A DNA stretch of 64,000 nucleotides from a bacterium (lineage in GTDB: Bacteria > SAR324 > NAC60-12), in assembly GCA_965233585.1 (NCBI GenBank), contig CBDDTI010000746.1, forward strand, positions 288,001-352,000, written 5' to 3'. The position numbers and the translations under genes are program-made. The notes under the pieces are model-generated. The model did no database searches. It was not told the origin of the DNA and saw only the letters and a program-made list of their open reading frames with translations. Positions 51,022 to 61,672 of this stretch are shown here, piece by piece (position 1 is the first letter of the stretch; the number at the start of each line of letters is the position of its first letter).

Positions 51022-52944
51022 TTAGGGTTTGAGAGGCTTGGACTGAAGAAATTCAAGAAATTCTTCAGCATCAGAAGTCAAGCCTGTTTTGGTTGCTACA
51101 ACTTGATTTTGTGGTGTGAGAATGACGTAAAACGGTAGTGCCACAGTCTGAAAACGTTGAATCTGAAGTTCCTGCCATCGTTGATAATCTTTGCCACCAT
51201 CTGTGTACAAACGAACCAGCACAAAATCCTTTTCTAAGACCTCTCGGATTTTGGGTTGTGGAAAGATGTTTTTTTCCATCCAACGGCAGTTGACGCAAGT
51301 GTAACCTGTGAAGTCTATGAACACCAATTTTCCCAACCGTTCAGCTTCTTTCATACCTGCTTCTGGGGTTTCTAACCACTCAAAAAGTTCTTCTTCGTTT
51401 TGATTTTGTGAGACATTGACAGGCAAATAAGCCTCTATCCAGCCGTGAATAGGTTGACTGAAACCAACGAACAAATACGTCCCAAGTACAGCGAAAAAAA
51501 CCACCCAAACGCCACGAATCCAAGGGACTCTTTGAGTCAAAGATAATCTTGTCAAGCGGTATTTGAAAATAGGGACTAATCCAAAAAGAAATGCTGCTGC
51601 ATACAAGGACACAGCACCCCAGATGGCAAGCATCACATGGCGATTCACAAATCCCAATCCTAAAATCACATCAGCATTGCTGATAAACTTCACTGCTACC
51701 GCTAACTCTAGCAACCCCAAGACTTTTTTAAGGGCTTCCACCCAACTTTTTGTTTGCCAAACTTTCTTCAGTTGAGGGAAGCATGCCAAGACTAAAAAAG
51801 GCGTTGCAAACGCAATAGAAAACATCAGCATTCCAAGAGTTGGCAGAAGCCAATGTCCAAACATTGCAGTCACCAGCAAAGTCCCAACAAACTGCATGGT
51901 ACAGGTAAAGGCAATCAAGGTGAAAGCAATCCCCATCAACACAGCACCCCAAGACGTTGAAGACTTGTCATCAACCCATTTCTTTCTGCCAATGATGTCC
52001 AAATGGTGTCCAAACGAAAAATTGATTTGGGTTTGAAAACCCATCAAACCCAGAGCAAACCAGATAAACAAAATGCCAATGCCCAAATTCACAAAAGGAT
52101 TAGAGGCAATGTCTGAAATTGCACCTGCCCCTACCAAAGATGACACTCCCACACCTAGCAAGACGTAAGTCCCAATCATTCCCACTGCAAACAAAACAAC
52201 TGCTTGCCACAGTGAAGACTTGTTTTGTTTTTGGAAGTATCCCACCGTGATTGGAAACATTGGGAATACGCACGGAGTCAGCAGTGCCAAAAGTCCTGAT
52301 GAAAAGGCTAAAATCAAAAACTGGACTGTCTGCCAAGACCATTCAAAGTCTGGGGTGACCCTTTCTACATCGTAGCGAGGTTGAGAAAAGTCAGACCGCA
52401 CGTCTCCATCTTCTACCAAAAAAGAATCCTGAAGGTTGATTTGTGTTGGGGGCAGGCATACTTTTTCAGAACAGATTTGGTATTCCACAGAAACAGACGC
52501 TTCGCTTTGACGTGAAGTGGGACGTTTTGGCATTCTGAAATTATGATAAAAGACTGCCTTTTGACGATGGTAACTTAGAGGGATTTCAAAAAGAGGAGAA
52601 TGTTTGACGATGGCTTGCGTCTCGTAAAAGACGCCTTCTGCAATACCGTCACCTTGCAAGGTCAATTCTAGTTTGGTTGGTAGTGGTGCAGCATCTTCCT
52701 CAATGGGGGCAATGGAATACAGAGACCAGCCTTTTTCAAGCGTTGCTTCTACTTTAATCCTGCCGTATTCTTCAGGTCTGATGATTTCAGGGGTAGAAGA
52801 GATGGAAAAGGTGATTTGATTGCTTGCAGGAGGGGATTCAGGAAAAAAGTTTTGAGCATAGAAGTTATGAAGTGGGAGAAAAGAGATGAAGATGAAGATG
52901 AAAATGTGTTTGAGTGGTAATTTCAAAAGATGATACAATTTCAA
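51022..52944 (-). CDS. dsbD: DsbD-like protein-disulfide reductase
   Basis: QICSEKVCLPP, LTPCVFPMFP, AFTCT, thioredoxin DFTGYTCVNCR. Confidence 0.88.
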   Translation of the reverse strand: MKLYHLLKLPLKHIFIFIFISFLPLHNFYAQNFFPESPPASNQITFSISSTPEIIRPEEYGRIKVEATLEKGWSLYSIAPIEEDAAPLPTKLELTLQGDGIAEGVFYETQAIVKHSPLFEIPLSYHRQKAVFYHNFRMPKRPTSRQSEASVSVEYQICSEKVCLPPTQINLQDSFLVEDGDVRSDFSQPRYDVERVTPDFEWSWQTVQFLILAFSSGLLALLTPCVFPMFPITVGYFQKQNKSSLWQAVVLFAVGMIGTYVLLGVGVSSLVGAGAISDIASNPFVNLGIGILFIWFALGLMGFQTQINFSFGHHLDIIGRKKWVDDKSSTSWGAVLMGIAFTLIAFTCTMQFVGTLLVTAMFGHWLLPTLGMLMFSIAFATPFLVLACFPQLKKVWQTKSWVEALKKVLGLLELAVAVKFISNADVILGLGFVNRHVMLAIWGAVSLYAAAFLFGLVPIFKYRLTRLSLTQRVPWIRGVWVVFFAVLGTYLFVGFSQPIHGWIEAYLPVNVSQNQNEEELFEWLETPEAGMKEAERLGKLVFIDFTGYTCVNCRWMEKNIFPQPKIREVLEKDFVLVRLYTDGGKDYQRWQELQIQRFQTVALPFYVILTPQNQVVATKTGLTSDAEEFLEFLQSKPLKP

Positions 52945-53013
52945 AAAATTGATACAATGTTGAACTTTATCAAAAAGTTTAATTCAACTCCGTTAAAAGA
53001 CCAATTTTAAAAT

Positions 53014-53901
53014 ATGGCAAAAAAGCAAAAGAAAGCAGGAATGCTGAAACGTAAGACCCAAAAAAACATCAAAAAGACCAAGCAACGCAAAGCCTATTCT
53101 AGCCGCGCTCAAAGCAATTTCAATTCCCAAAAAAACATCACACAGCTTCTTGTCAAAGTCCCCTATCTTATCTATGAACCAGAATTAGAAGACTTTGAGC
53201 TAGACCGAGACAAAATCCAGCAATATCAAGCACAAGGCATGAGTTCTCCCCAAATCATCTTGGAATTGATGGACGAAGAAAGACAAGATGCCTTGTTTGC
53301 AGAATTGGAAAAAATTCAAAGTCGCTATCAAGGGAATCGTTCAAAGTCTCTTATGATTCAAGGGCTTTATCATTTTTTTGGGCAAAACATTCCTCCTTTT
53401 GTCAATCCAATCGTTGTTGCCATCTATTTACAAACCTGTGCAAGAATGGCAGGGGAAAGCATTCCTTCTTCAGAACTCACCAAAAAGATTTCAGAATATG
53501 AGGAAGTCAATCAGCCTATCATTGAACAACTTGCCAGTGAAATCAAAGCCAATGCTGATGAAGCAACAGAGGAGACTTTGGAAGGTGAAGATGAGGAGAT
53601 TGAAGACATCAAACCGCTGATGGTGCCAAGCGAAGTGATGCAAGCCTTCCACAAAACAACTTCTGATGAGGTGTATGACGACGTAGAGGTATTTACAGAA
53701 GACTATGCAGAAAAAGCACTTGCAGAATGGGATTTGGAGATGGTTGAGAATTTTCAAAGTTGGTTCAAGCAAAATATGGCGCCTCTGGAAGAAGATGTTG
53801 CCAACATGCAAGCGTCTCTTAAACAATTCTTTTTCTATCTCAACGATAATCAACACCTTTCTGAAAATCAAAAACAAACAATCCTTCCTTTTTTTGAATA
53901 A
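53014..53901 (+). CDS. Hypothetical protein (basic N-terminus, acidic C-half)
   Basis: 295-aa ORF, no recognised motif. Confidence 0.7.
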   Translation: MAKKQKKAGMLKRKTQKNIKKTKQRKAYSSRAQSNFNSQKNITQLLVKVPYLIYEPELEDFELDRDKIQQYQAQGMSSPQIILELMDEERQDALFAELEKIQSRYQGNRSKSLMIQGLYHFFGQNIPPFVNPIVVAIYLQTCARMAGESIPSSELTKKISEYEEVNQPIIEQLASEIKANADEATEETLEGEDEEIEDIKPLMVPSEVMQAFHKTTSDEVYDDVEVFTEDYAEKALAEWDLEMVENFQSWFKQNMAPLEEDVANMQASLKQFFFYLNDNQHLSENQKQTILPFFE

Positions 53902-53926
53902 AACAAATTTTTAAGTAAAACAAATT

Positions 53927-55162
53927 ATGAGACTTGATTTCGTCAGACGTTTTTTGTGTCATCTGGTTTTATTGGGTTTGATGGTCGGTTGTTCTGCAAC
54001 CACTGAAACCCGCAAGCCTTCTGCTGCATTGGATACCCCTGAACATCATTTGTTGCGTGCAAATGATTTCATTGCACAAAATAACTGGGTCAATGCACGT
54101 CGTTCTGTTCGGTTGGCTCAAGAAATTGCATCGCAAGACCCTGTTGTCCTTTCTATGCAAGCCTTAATCACTGCACAACAATCCACACTTGCAGGGAAAA
54201 CTCCCACCGAAAAACAGACACTTTATTTGCAAAGTGAAGAATTTTTAGACAATGCGTCAGACCGTGCTTCTACTCCAAAAGAACAAGTTCAGGTCTTGGC
54301 AAACTCCATTCGCACACAGGCTTTTTTAAAAGACAAGCCCAACTGGTATGAACAAGCCCAAAACGCCTTTGAAGAGGCTCAAGGGGTCATTGGAGAAAAC
54401 TCAACGCTTTATCCGTTCACGGTTTCTTTGGAGTATTACATGGGTCAAGCACATGAGGCATCTTTTAAGTTTGAACAGGCATTGACGTCATACAGAGCTG
54501 TTGTCAGACAAAGGGGGGCGTTTCTGCAACAAGCGACAAGAGCGTTGGAACGAGTTGAACAGGTTTTGCGTGCTGCACCTATCACAGACAGAGGCAACCG
54601 CATTGCCACACTACGTGCCTTGACCCGTGCAGATATGGCAGCGTTGCTGGTTGAAGAATTTGAATTAGCCAAGTTGAGGCAATCTTCTACAACTCAAGCA
54701 AACTCCAATCAATTCCAAGTCCCTGAATCACAACAAAAGTTCCAACCTACTCAAGGCAACCAAACCAGTCTAGCCCTTGATATTGCAGAACACCCTTTGC
54801 AAGCAGACATTGAAGAAGTCATCAAGCATGGCATCAGAGGCATGCAACCAGACCCACGTCAATTATTCTATCCTAACGAAGTTGTCACACGTGCAGAATA
54901 TGCGATGATTTTGGAAGACATCTTAATCAGTCTGACCAACGATGAATCCCTTGCCACGCGTTTTATTGGAGAGTCTTCTCCTTGGCAAGATGTGCGACCT
55001 GATGCCTTTTATTACAATGCCTCGCGTGTTCTTGTCTCACGGGGGATTATGTCTTTGAATGACAAACTTGGGGCAAGGTTTGAGCCACAAAAACCCATCA
55101 GTGGTTCGCAAGCCTTGCTTGGTTTGCGTCTTCTGGCTAACGAAGTTCGCACGGTACGTTAA
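53927..55162 (+). CDS. Lipoprotein with TPR-like and SLH-like domains
   Basis: LMVGC lipobox; LTRADMAALL, FYPNEVVTRAEYA, WQDVRPD..FEPQKPISG. Confidence 0.75.
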   Translation: MRLDFVRRFLCHLVLLGLMVGCSATTETRKPSAALDTPEHHLLRANDFIAQNNWVNARRSVRLAQEIASQDPVVLSMQALITAQQSTLAGKTPTEKQTLYLQSEEFLDNASDRASTPKEQVQVLANSIRTQAFLKDKPNWYEQAQNAFEEAQGVIGENSTLYPFTVSLEYYMGQAHEASFKFEQALTSYRAVVRQRGAFLQQATRALERVEQVLRAAPITDRGNRIATLRALTRADMAALLVEEFELAKLRQSSTTQANSNQFQVPESQQKFQPTQGNQTSLALDIAEHPLQADIEEVIKHGIRGMQPDPRQLFYPNEVVTRAEYAMILEDILISLTNDESLATRFIGESSPWQDVRPDAFYYNASRVLVSRGIMSLNDKLGARFEPQKPISGSQALLGLRLLANEVRTVR

Positions 55163-55384
55163 ATGTCTGCTTCTTCATCTTCTTACTCAAATCATTCAAA
55201 GGAATCTGAACAGTTGACCGTTCCTTGTCCTCAATGTCAAAAACTCATCATCTTGCAACAATCACAACACCGCCCTTTTTGCTCAAAACGTTGTCAAATG
55301 ATTGACAGAGGTGCTTGGGTCTCTGGTGAGTATTTCATTGTAGGAGACCAAGAATCGTCTCATCAAAACTTGAGTGATGAATGA
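55163..55384 (+). CDS. yacG: DNA gyrase inhibitor YacG
   Basis: VPCPQC...RPFCSKRCQMIDRGAW. Confidence 0.9.
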   Translation: MSASSSSYSNHSKESEQLTVPCPQCQKLIILQQSQHRPFCSKRCQMIDRGAWVSGEYFIVGDQESSHQNLSDE

Positions 55385-57192
55385 CACGAATGATGAATGA
55401 CATTCAAATTCTGCCTGAAGAAATCATTAATCAAATCTCTGCTGGTGAGGTGGTAGACCGTCCCGCTTCTGTGGTGAAAGAGTTTGCAGAAAACTCTCTT
55501 GATGCAGGAGCGACGCAGATTTACGTCACCATTCAAAACGGAGGCAAAGAGTTAATCTCGGTGGCAGACAATGGGCATGGCATGACTGAAGACAATGCCA
55601 AGCTGGCAATAGAAAGGCATGCCACTAGCAAAATTTCTGTGACTTCTGACCTTGACCATATTCAGACGATGGGTTTTCGTGGGGAGGCATTGGCGGCGAT
55701 TGCCTCTGTTTCTCGGCTGGAATTGCTGACCTGTGCCAAAGAGGGTCAAGCAGGTACAAGGCTTGAGGTAGAGGGAGGGAGGTTGAAGCAGTGCCACCAA
55801 GTGGGGTTTCCTCAAGGCACAAAGGTTGTGGTCAAGCAACTTTTTTTCAATACGCCTGCACGGTTGAAGTTTATGAAGACGGTGGCGACAGAGTTCCGTG
55901 CCATTCAAGAGCAGTTTTTATCGCTGGCACTTCTTTATCATCATGTCCACTTCCGATTGACTCACAACAACAAACTTTCATTTGACCTGCCTGCCAAAGA
56001 CAACCTGTCAGCAAGGGCTTATCAGCTGTTCCAAGAAGACTTTGGAGCATCGGTATTTCCACTTTGGCATGAAGAATCTTATTTGAAATTGGAGGGGTTG
56101 TTTTCCTTACCTTCCCGCACCAAACGTTCTAGGTCTAAGCAATATCTTTTTGTCAATGGACGCTACATTCGTTCACCTGAGATGGTCAGTAGTGTGTATC
56201 AGTCTTATGGTGCATTGATTGAAAGGGGAAGCCACCCGCTTTTTATTTTAAAAATCTCTCTTGACCCTTCTGAAATTGATGTCAACGTCCACCCTGCCAA
56301 AACTCAAATCCGCTTTAGGAACCTCAAAGTCGTGACAACGATTATTGAAGAACAGCTGACCCAACAAATTAGAAAGCAATCTGACCAAAGATATTTTTCA
56401 GACCAAACCAAGCCCCGTGTTTCTGGGTCTCAATATCCGTCTGTTCAAAGTGCAGTTCAAAATCCCGATGTGGTTTCTGACTCAGCCTTGTCTTCTGCCA
56501 AGCCAAGTCATTTGACTATCTTGCAACACCCCTCGTCAAACGAAGCAGGACAGCTCAAGTTTCAACTACCAAAGGTAGTCTTGCCTAAACCGAAGGTCAA
56601 AAAAGAGCCAAAAGAGCAGTGGACTGCCATCGTTCAACTGCAAGACCGCTACATTTTGGCTCAAACTCCCAAAGGGTTGTTGTGCATAGACCAAGAAGTG
56701 GCAAGCCAGACAATTTTAGAACAGCGATTGCACCTTGAAATCAAGAATGACACCTTGCTCATTCATACCTTTCATTCTCCGATTCTGCTGGAACTTGCAC
56801 CGCATCTTGATTTGGCACTGGCTAAAAATTTACCCCTTTTCCAAAAACAAGGCTTCACGTTAGAAGAGTTTGGCAGAAACACCTATCGCTTGTTAACAGC
56901 ACCAGATTTTTTGAAGTATCTGGACTGTGCCACGATGATTCAAAACGTCCTGACTCAAGTCATAGAACAGCATCAACTCAATGACCCTGAACAAATGGCG
57001 GGGCATCTCACAAGTCAAGCTGCGAAGTTAGGGGCTTATTCTGTGGGCAGGGTGTTGTCTCTTTCCCAAATGAATCAGTTGCTTCAAGCTATGCAACAAC
57101 TTCAAATGTCAGCAACAGATTCCCATCGTCAACTTCTTTTTATAGAATGGAGATATGAAGATTTGGACAAGCAATTTGCTAAAAAATTATAG
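55381..57192 (+). CDS. mutL: DNA mismatch repair protein MutL
   Basis: ISAGEVVDRPASVVKE, DNGHGM, RHATSK, GFRGEALA, DVNVHPAK. Confidence 0.95.
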   Translation: MTRMMNDIQILPEEIINQISAGEVVDRPASVVKEFAENSLDAGATQIYVTIQNGGKELISVADNGHGMTEDNAKLAIERHATSKISVTSDLDHIQTMGFRGEALAAIASVSRLELLTCAKEGQAGTRLEVEGGRLKQCHQVGFPQGTKVVVKQLFFNTPARLKFMKTVATEFRAIQEQFLSLALLYHHVHFRLTHNNKLSFDLPAKDNLSARAYQLFQEDFGASVFPLWHEESYLKLEGLFSLPSRTKRSRSKQYLFVNGRYIRSPEMVSSVYQSYGALIERGSHPLFILKISLDPSEIDVNVHPAKTQIRFRNLKVVTTIIEEQLTQQIRKQSDQRYFSDQTKPRVSGSQYPSVQSAVQNPDVVSDSALSSAKPSHLTILQHPSSNEAGQLKFQLPKVVLPKPKVKKEPKEQWTAIVQLQDRYILAQTPKGLLCIDQEVASQTILEQRLHLEIKNDTLLIHTFHSPILLELAPHLDLALAKNLPLFQKQGFTLEEFGRNTYRLLTAPDFLKYLDCATMIQNVLTQVIEQHQLNDPEQMAGHLTSQAAKLGAYSVGRVLSLSQMNQLLQAMQQLQMSATDSHRQLLFIEWRYEDLDKQFAKKL

Positions 57193-57862
57193 TGTTTTAC
57201 TGATTTTGGGGCTGACCACAGCCTCGCTCATTGCCAAGACGCCAACACTGGTGCAGGTGCAGTCCATAGAAAATCAGGCACTTTACCGCCAAGCCTCTCA
57301 TCAACAATGGCAAAATTTAACAGAAGGCACAACGCTCAAAGCAGGTGATGAAATCAAAACTTTGCAAGACACTCGTTTAGTCATCAGCTTTGGCAAGTAT
57401 GGAGTAGTGAGAATTGCCCCAAAAAGTCAGTTGAAAATCAACCCACCTCCTTTTATAGACGAAGAGGCTTTTGAGCTTTCTCTTGTGTTTGGCAAGGTCT
57501 GGGCAAAGATTAAAAACCAACTGCAAACCTCCCGTTCAAGATTGATTTTGAAGACACGCAACGCTGCCATTCGCATTAAAGGCACTACTTATGAGGCATC
57601 ATTTGAAGACGAACAAACACAAGTAAGAGTCTTTACAGGCAAGGTTGATGTGAGTGCTGAACAGGAGCAAAGTGCCTCCCTTGAACCCACTGAGATTCAA
57701 GGACCGCATGAGGTGTCTCGGCAAGAATGGTCTGTCATTGTCAGTGCCTTTGAAACAGTCATCGTGTCTGGGAACAACCCACCTGCACAACCCCGCACCT
57801 TTCAACTAGATTCTTCTGACAGCTGGGCAAGCTGGAATCTCCAACAAGATGAGTCTTTTTAA
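57155..57862 (+). CDS. Exported FecR-domain protein
   Basis: Signal peptide, LKAGDEIKT, GKVWAKI, TRNAAIRIKGT, VRVFTGKV. Confidence 0.75.
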   Translation: MKIWTSNLLKNYSVLLILGLTTASLIAKTPTLVQVQSIENQALYRQASHQQWQNLTEGTTLKAGDEIKTLQDTRLVISFGKYGVVRIAPKSQLKINPPPFIDEEAFELSLVFGKVWAKIKNQLQTSRSRLILKTRNAAIRIKGTTYEASFEDEQTQVRVFTGKVDVSAEQEQSASLEPTEIQGPHEVSRQEWSVIVSAFETVIVSGNNPPAQPRTFQLDSSDSWASWNLQQDESF

Positions 57863-57955
57863 AAAACATCAACAAAGAATCAAAGAAGAACTTATAAAAG
57901 AGACCTCCAAACAAATGAAATCTTGTTGTTGTTTATTTTAAAACCAACATTAAAC

Positions 57956-59932
57956 CTATTTGCTATTAATGTCTTTAAAAGTTGGTTTACCATTGCTCAA
58001 GGTGGCTGTTTCGCTGTTGAGTAAATAGCACTCTTTATAGTCCCAAGTGACTGCTATAAATTTACGATGGTATCCATAATTTAGACTATCAGGTTCATTA
58101 ATGATCTTTTGCTGCCAGTTTTTCATACTAGAATATTGACTTGTTTTTTGAAAGTCTTTCAATAGTGTTTTTATATCTTTGTTTATTAGTTTAAAAATTA
58201 ATTCTTTTAAATAATTTTTATCTTTATCTTTACTAAAGTTTCTTAAAGCTTGAATATCTTCAACAATGCAGAATCTGCGACCGCCAATGTGTTTGTAACT
58301 GTTACCTACATGGAAGAATTTACAAAAAAACCAACCATCCTTAATCGTAAAAAGAGCGGCTCTTAACTCATTTGAAACTAAATGATCTTTTTCTTCAAGG
58401 TATTGGAGAACTTCTTGAATTTCTAAGAGCTTACTACTATTAAAAGAATCTAAATTTTCTTTATCAAAATCAATACAATAAAGAGCGAACTCTATATCTC
58501 CCTGACAAAAATTGGTGTCTTCTGTTTTAAAAATAGAATCTCTGTTTTGAGCATTATGAACAATCAATTTTGCCTTTAATACTTCTTGTTGTACTTGTTT
58601 TGATGCAAAGCCTGACTTGATTTGACTTGTTGCTAAATGGTTGTAAATATCAAAACAACCTGCCACAAGTTCGTTTATCAAATTGATTGCTAATCTAAAT
58701 GTTCGTGGGCTGTCTATTGTAGAATGATGGACGATATTCTGAACAACCCGCATCCAATCTTGAAATTTTTCTCCATTAAAATTTTCATTTTCTTTTTGTA
58801 ATTTTAATAGATATTGAGTTTGAGCAAAAAACAAAACTTGTTCATGGTAGCTTGTGTATTCAATACTACTTTTAAATAGTTGTTTTTTATGTCCTAACCA
58901 AGATTTGATATTGCTTTCAAGTTCATCAGCGAGCTTGTTATCATATCTTTTATTTTTATCAGAATAAAGATCAAAGCATTGTTTTAAATAATCAAAAGAT
59001 TCTTGATTCGTAAAATGTTCTGGTTGAGTATCATTTGGATTATTGTAAAGGTTTTGAATTGTTGTATTTTCATCACCTTGATATTCATAAAGACAAATGG
59101 CTTGCATGGCAATTCTTGAGATAAACTTCATAAATTGGTTATCCACTAGGTTATCTTTATCTCTATATTTCCAAAACAAATCTAACCAAACTGTATCAAT
59201 TTTATGAGAAAATTTATCTGTCTCTGGAATATCATCATCTTCTAAATGATTTTCTCCTATATGCTTTTGAAAGCTGGCTTTAAAGTTTTCAAAGTCAGTC
59301 AATGCTTTTCCTCGTGCATTCATTTTGATATAGAGGTCATCGGTGAGACCAAAATGTTCCATTTGTAGAAATTCAAAACTAATGTTTTGTAGTCTTTCAA
59401 AGCCATTTTTAATGTCTTTAAATTCGTCATGAATCGCTTTGTTATGAATAGCGTCTATCATGGTCAACATAGACTGCACGGTCGGGTCTTTTTCCCAATA
59501 AGTTAAAAACCAAGAAAAGTCTTTGATTTGTCCACTGAGTAGTTCGCCATGTGAAAAGCAACTTTCAGAATCTACTAGAGCTTGACAAAACTCTCTGGAA
59601 CTGGCTCTCGTTGCATAATTGAATTTTTTTAAATCTTGAATATGTTTACCTTCTTTTTTTCCAAAATACCAATGAAGTAGAAACAAAGTGGTCAATCGTT
59701 GTTGTCCATCAAGAGGGATAAATTGATTGCACTCAATACTTCCATAGACAAAATCTAAATGAAGTTCTTGATTAGTTTCTAATGCCTTAAAAATAGCATT
59801 TAAAAACTTGTTTCTTATTTGTTCAATTTTTCCATCTTTTCTCCCTTGAGCATAGTCTCTTTGGATGATAGGAATTTCAATTTCATTTGCTTTGATAATC
59901 TCTTGAAAAGTTTTTTTAGTTGAATCACTCAT
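57956..59932 (-). CDS. DUF262 (GmrS/ParB-like) protein with a long C-terminal region
   Basis: IPIIQRDYAQGR, LDGQQRLTTLFLL, LYIKMNARGKALTDFENFKA. Confidence 0.88.
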   Translation of the reverse strand: MSDSTKKTFQEIIKANEIEIPIIQRDYAQGRKDGKIEQIRNKFLNAIFKALETNQELHLDFVYGSIECNQFIPLDGQQRLTTLFLLHWYFGKKEGKHIQDLKKFNYATRASSREFCQALVDSESCFSHGELLSGQIKDFSWFLTYWEKDPTVQSMLTMIDAIHNKAIHDEFKDIKNGFERLQNISFEFLQMEHFGLTDDLYIKMNARGKALTDFENFKASFQKHIGENHLEDDDIPETDKFSHKIDTVWLDLFWKYRDKDNLVDNQFMKFISRIAMQAICLYEYQGDENTTIQNLYNNPNDTQPEHFTNQESFDYLKQCFDLYSDKNKRYDNKLADELESNIKSWLGHKKQLFKSSIEYTSYHEQVLFFAQTQYLLKLQKENENFNGEKFQDWMRVVQNIVHHSTIDSPRTFRLAINLINELVAGCFDIYNHLATSQIKSGFASKQVQQEVLKAKLIVHNAQNRDSIFKTEDTNFCQGDIEFALYCIDFDKENLDSFNSSKLLEIQEVLQYLEEKDHLVSNELRAALFTIKDGWFFCKFFHVGNSYKHIGGRRFCIVEDIQALRNFSKDKDKNYLKELIFKLINKDIKTLLKDFQKTSQYSSMKNWQQKIINEPDSLNYGYHRKFIAVTWDYKECYLLNSETATLSNGKPTFKDINSK

Positions 59933-61663
59933 TTAGTTTTCTCCTTTTGAATTTAAAAATTTGTTTAATGTGTCTGACATAGATTCAAGATAATCTTGTC
60001 TATTTTTTTCACTCCAAAAATAGAGGTTTCTATCATCTGGACTGTAATATTTTAAAAAGACATTTTTGGTGTAGATAGGAATAAAAGCACCATTTTGATC
60101 TTTCTCTATGATTCTTTTTCTCTTGGTAGGAAATAAAGCATTACTTAAAGAAGAATTGTTTTTTCCCGTCAATAAAGTTAAATTCTCAATCCCATCTGAA
60201 GATTCAGCCCCAAAAAGATTGAATATCTTATCTTTTAATTCGTTAAATTCTGTTTCATTTTTGTCATCAATTTGTTCTGATTTTAACAAACTTTCAATTT
60301 CTTTCAATATACTTTCTTTGGTTGGTTTTTCTTCATCTTTCAGCTTTTCAAATCTCTTTTTGAACTCTTCAGCAGGTATTAATCCAATTTGTTCTTTGGC
60401 TTCTTTTAACCAACCTATTTTATCTTTTATTTTAGAATCAGCTTGAGGATGGATATGTTCTAAACTCCAGTTTTCTTGACGAAACCTATCAAAAGCAAAT
60501 CTAAGGTGACTGCTTTTTTCATTTAAGAGTGTCGCAATGTTGAACAGTAAAAGAATTTTTTCAATTTTTTCTCTGTTGTTGGGGTAATCTGATTCTCTAA
60601 TCTCTTCAATTTCTATTTGGTTATACAACCAGCTTTTAAACTCTGTTTTTGTTCTTTGTCTAGCTTCTTCATAAATTGTCTTTACATCTGAACCAATAGT
60701 AATTAAAAACCCAATGAGATGATACAATTTTCTATCTTCAAACCAATGTTTCAAGGTCAAAAAAACTTTCTTGATATTATTTGTGTCTTCTGACCATAAT
60801 TTGACAATGCCTTCATCTTTTTTCCCTTGAAACCATCTATAAACAGCTAGTTCATCATTTTCTGTTTTCTTTTGACCAGAAAAGATTTCAAAAATCAATT
60901 CTATTCTGGATTGGTAAGGCTTTTCTGCTGTTAAAAAGTACCAAAACTCATCATTTTGTAAGGTTTGTTCTATGTCGTCCCATTCTTTAGCTATTTCTAT
61001 TTGTTTGATGTTTTTTTCGTTGTCCCTAAAATTTTTACTATTTAAAAAGAGAGATTTGATTAACTCTGCACTGGTTAAAGGAATCTTCCCCATATTCAAT
61101 CGGGTAAAAACATCTATCTCATCGTTTTGAATTTCATACCAGATTACTTTAGTATGATGTTTAAATTTAGATTGAAAATCGTTATTGTCTAAATCCTTAC
61201 CTTTCTTTTCAACCCATTTATGAATAGCTTGATAAGCTTTAGACATATGATGATAATCTATATTACTGTCATCTATTTTTATAGAATTTTCATCTATCTT
61301 TAAATCTTTAAGAAACTCAAAACTTCCCTTTCTTGTTCCATATTCTATTTGAAACTCTTGAACTTTTTGTTTACCGACCCACATTTCATTTGCGTAGTGA
61401 ATGATCATAAAAATAGTCGTCAATCTCTGCTGTCCATCAATCACTTCATATTGACCATCTTGCCCTTCCTTAACAACGATAGGTTGAAGACAATAAAATT
61501 CATCACGACCTTTTTCGGGCTTTTGTATAAATTCCCAAATGTCATCTAACAAATCTGTGACATTTTGTTCTTTCCAGCGGTAGCCCCTTTGATAAGAGGG
61601 TATGAAAAATTTTTTATCCAACAAGTCTTGGATAGGTGTCAGTTTTAAATTGTCTGTTGTCAT
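59933..61663 (-). CDS. DUF262 + DUF1524 (HNH) GmrSD-like protein
   Basis: IPSYQRGYRW, IDGQQRLTT, FTRLNMGKIPL, WSLEHIHPQ, IENLTLL...NSSLSN. Confidence 0.9.
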   Translation of the reverse strand: MTTDNLKLTPIQDLLDKKFFIPSYQRGYRWKEQNVTDLLDDIWEFIQKPEKGRDEFYCLQPIVVKEGQDGQYEVIDGQQRLTTIFMIIHYANEMWVGKQKVQEFQIEYGTRKGSFEFLKDLKIDENSIKIDDSNIDYHHMSKAYQAIHKWVEKKGKDLDNNDFQSKFKHHTKVIWYEIQNDEIDVFTRLNMGKIPLTSAELIKSLFLNSKNFRDNEKNIKQIEIAKEWDDIEQTLQNDEFWYFLTAEKPYQSRIELIFEIFSGQKKTENDELAVYRWFQGKKDEGIVKLWSEDTNNIKKVFLTLKHWFEDRKLYHLIGFLITIGSDVKTIYEEARQRTKTEFKSWLYNQIEIEEIRESDYPNNREKIEKILLLFNIATLLNEKSSHLRFAFDRFRQENWSLEHIHPQADSKIKDKIGWLKEAKEQIGLIPAEEFKKRFEKLKDEEKPTKESILKEIESLLKSEQIDDKNETEFNELKDKIFNLFGAESSDGIENLTLLTGKNNSSLSNALFPTKRKRIIEKDQNGAFIPIYTKNVFLKYYSPDDRNLYFWSEKNRQDYLESMSDTLNKFLNSKGEN

Positions 61664-61672
61664 GGTGACTCC

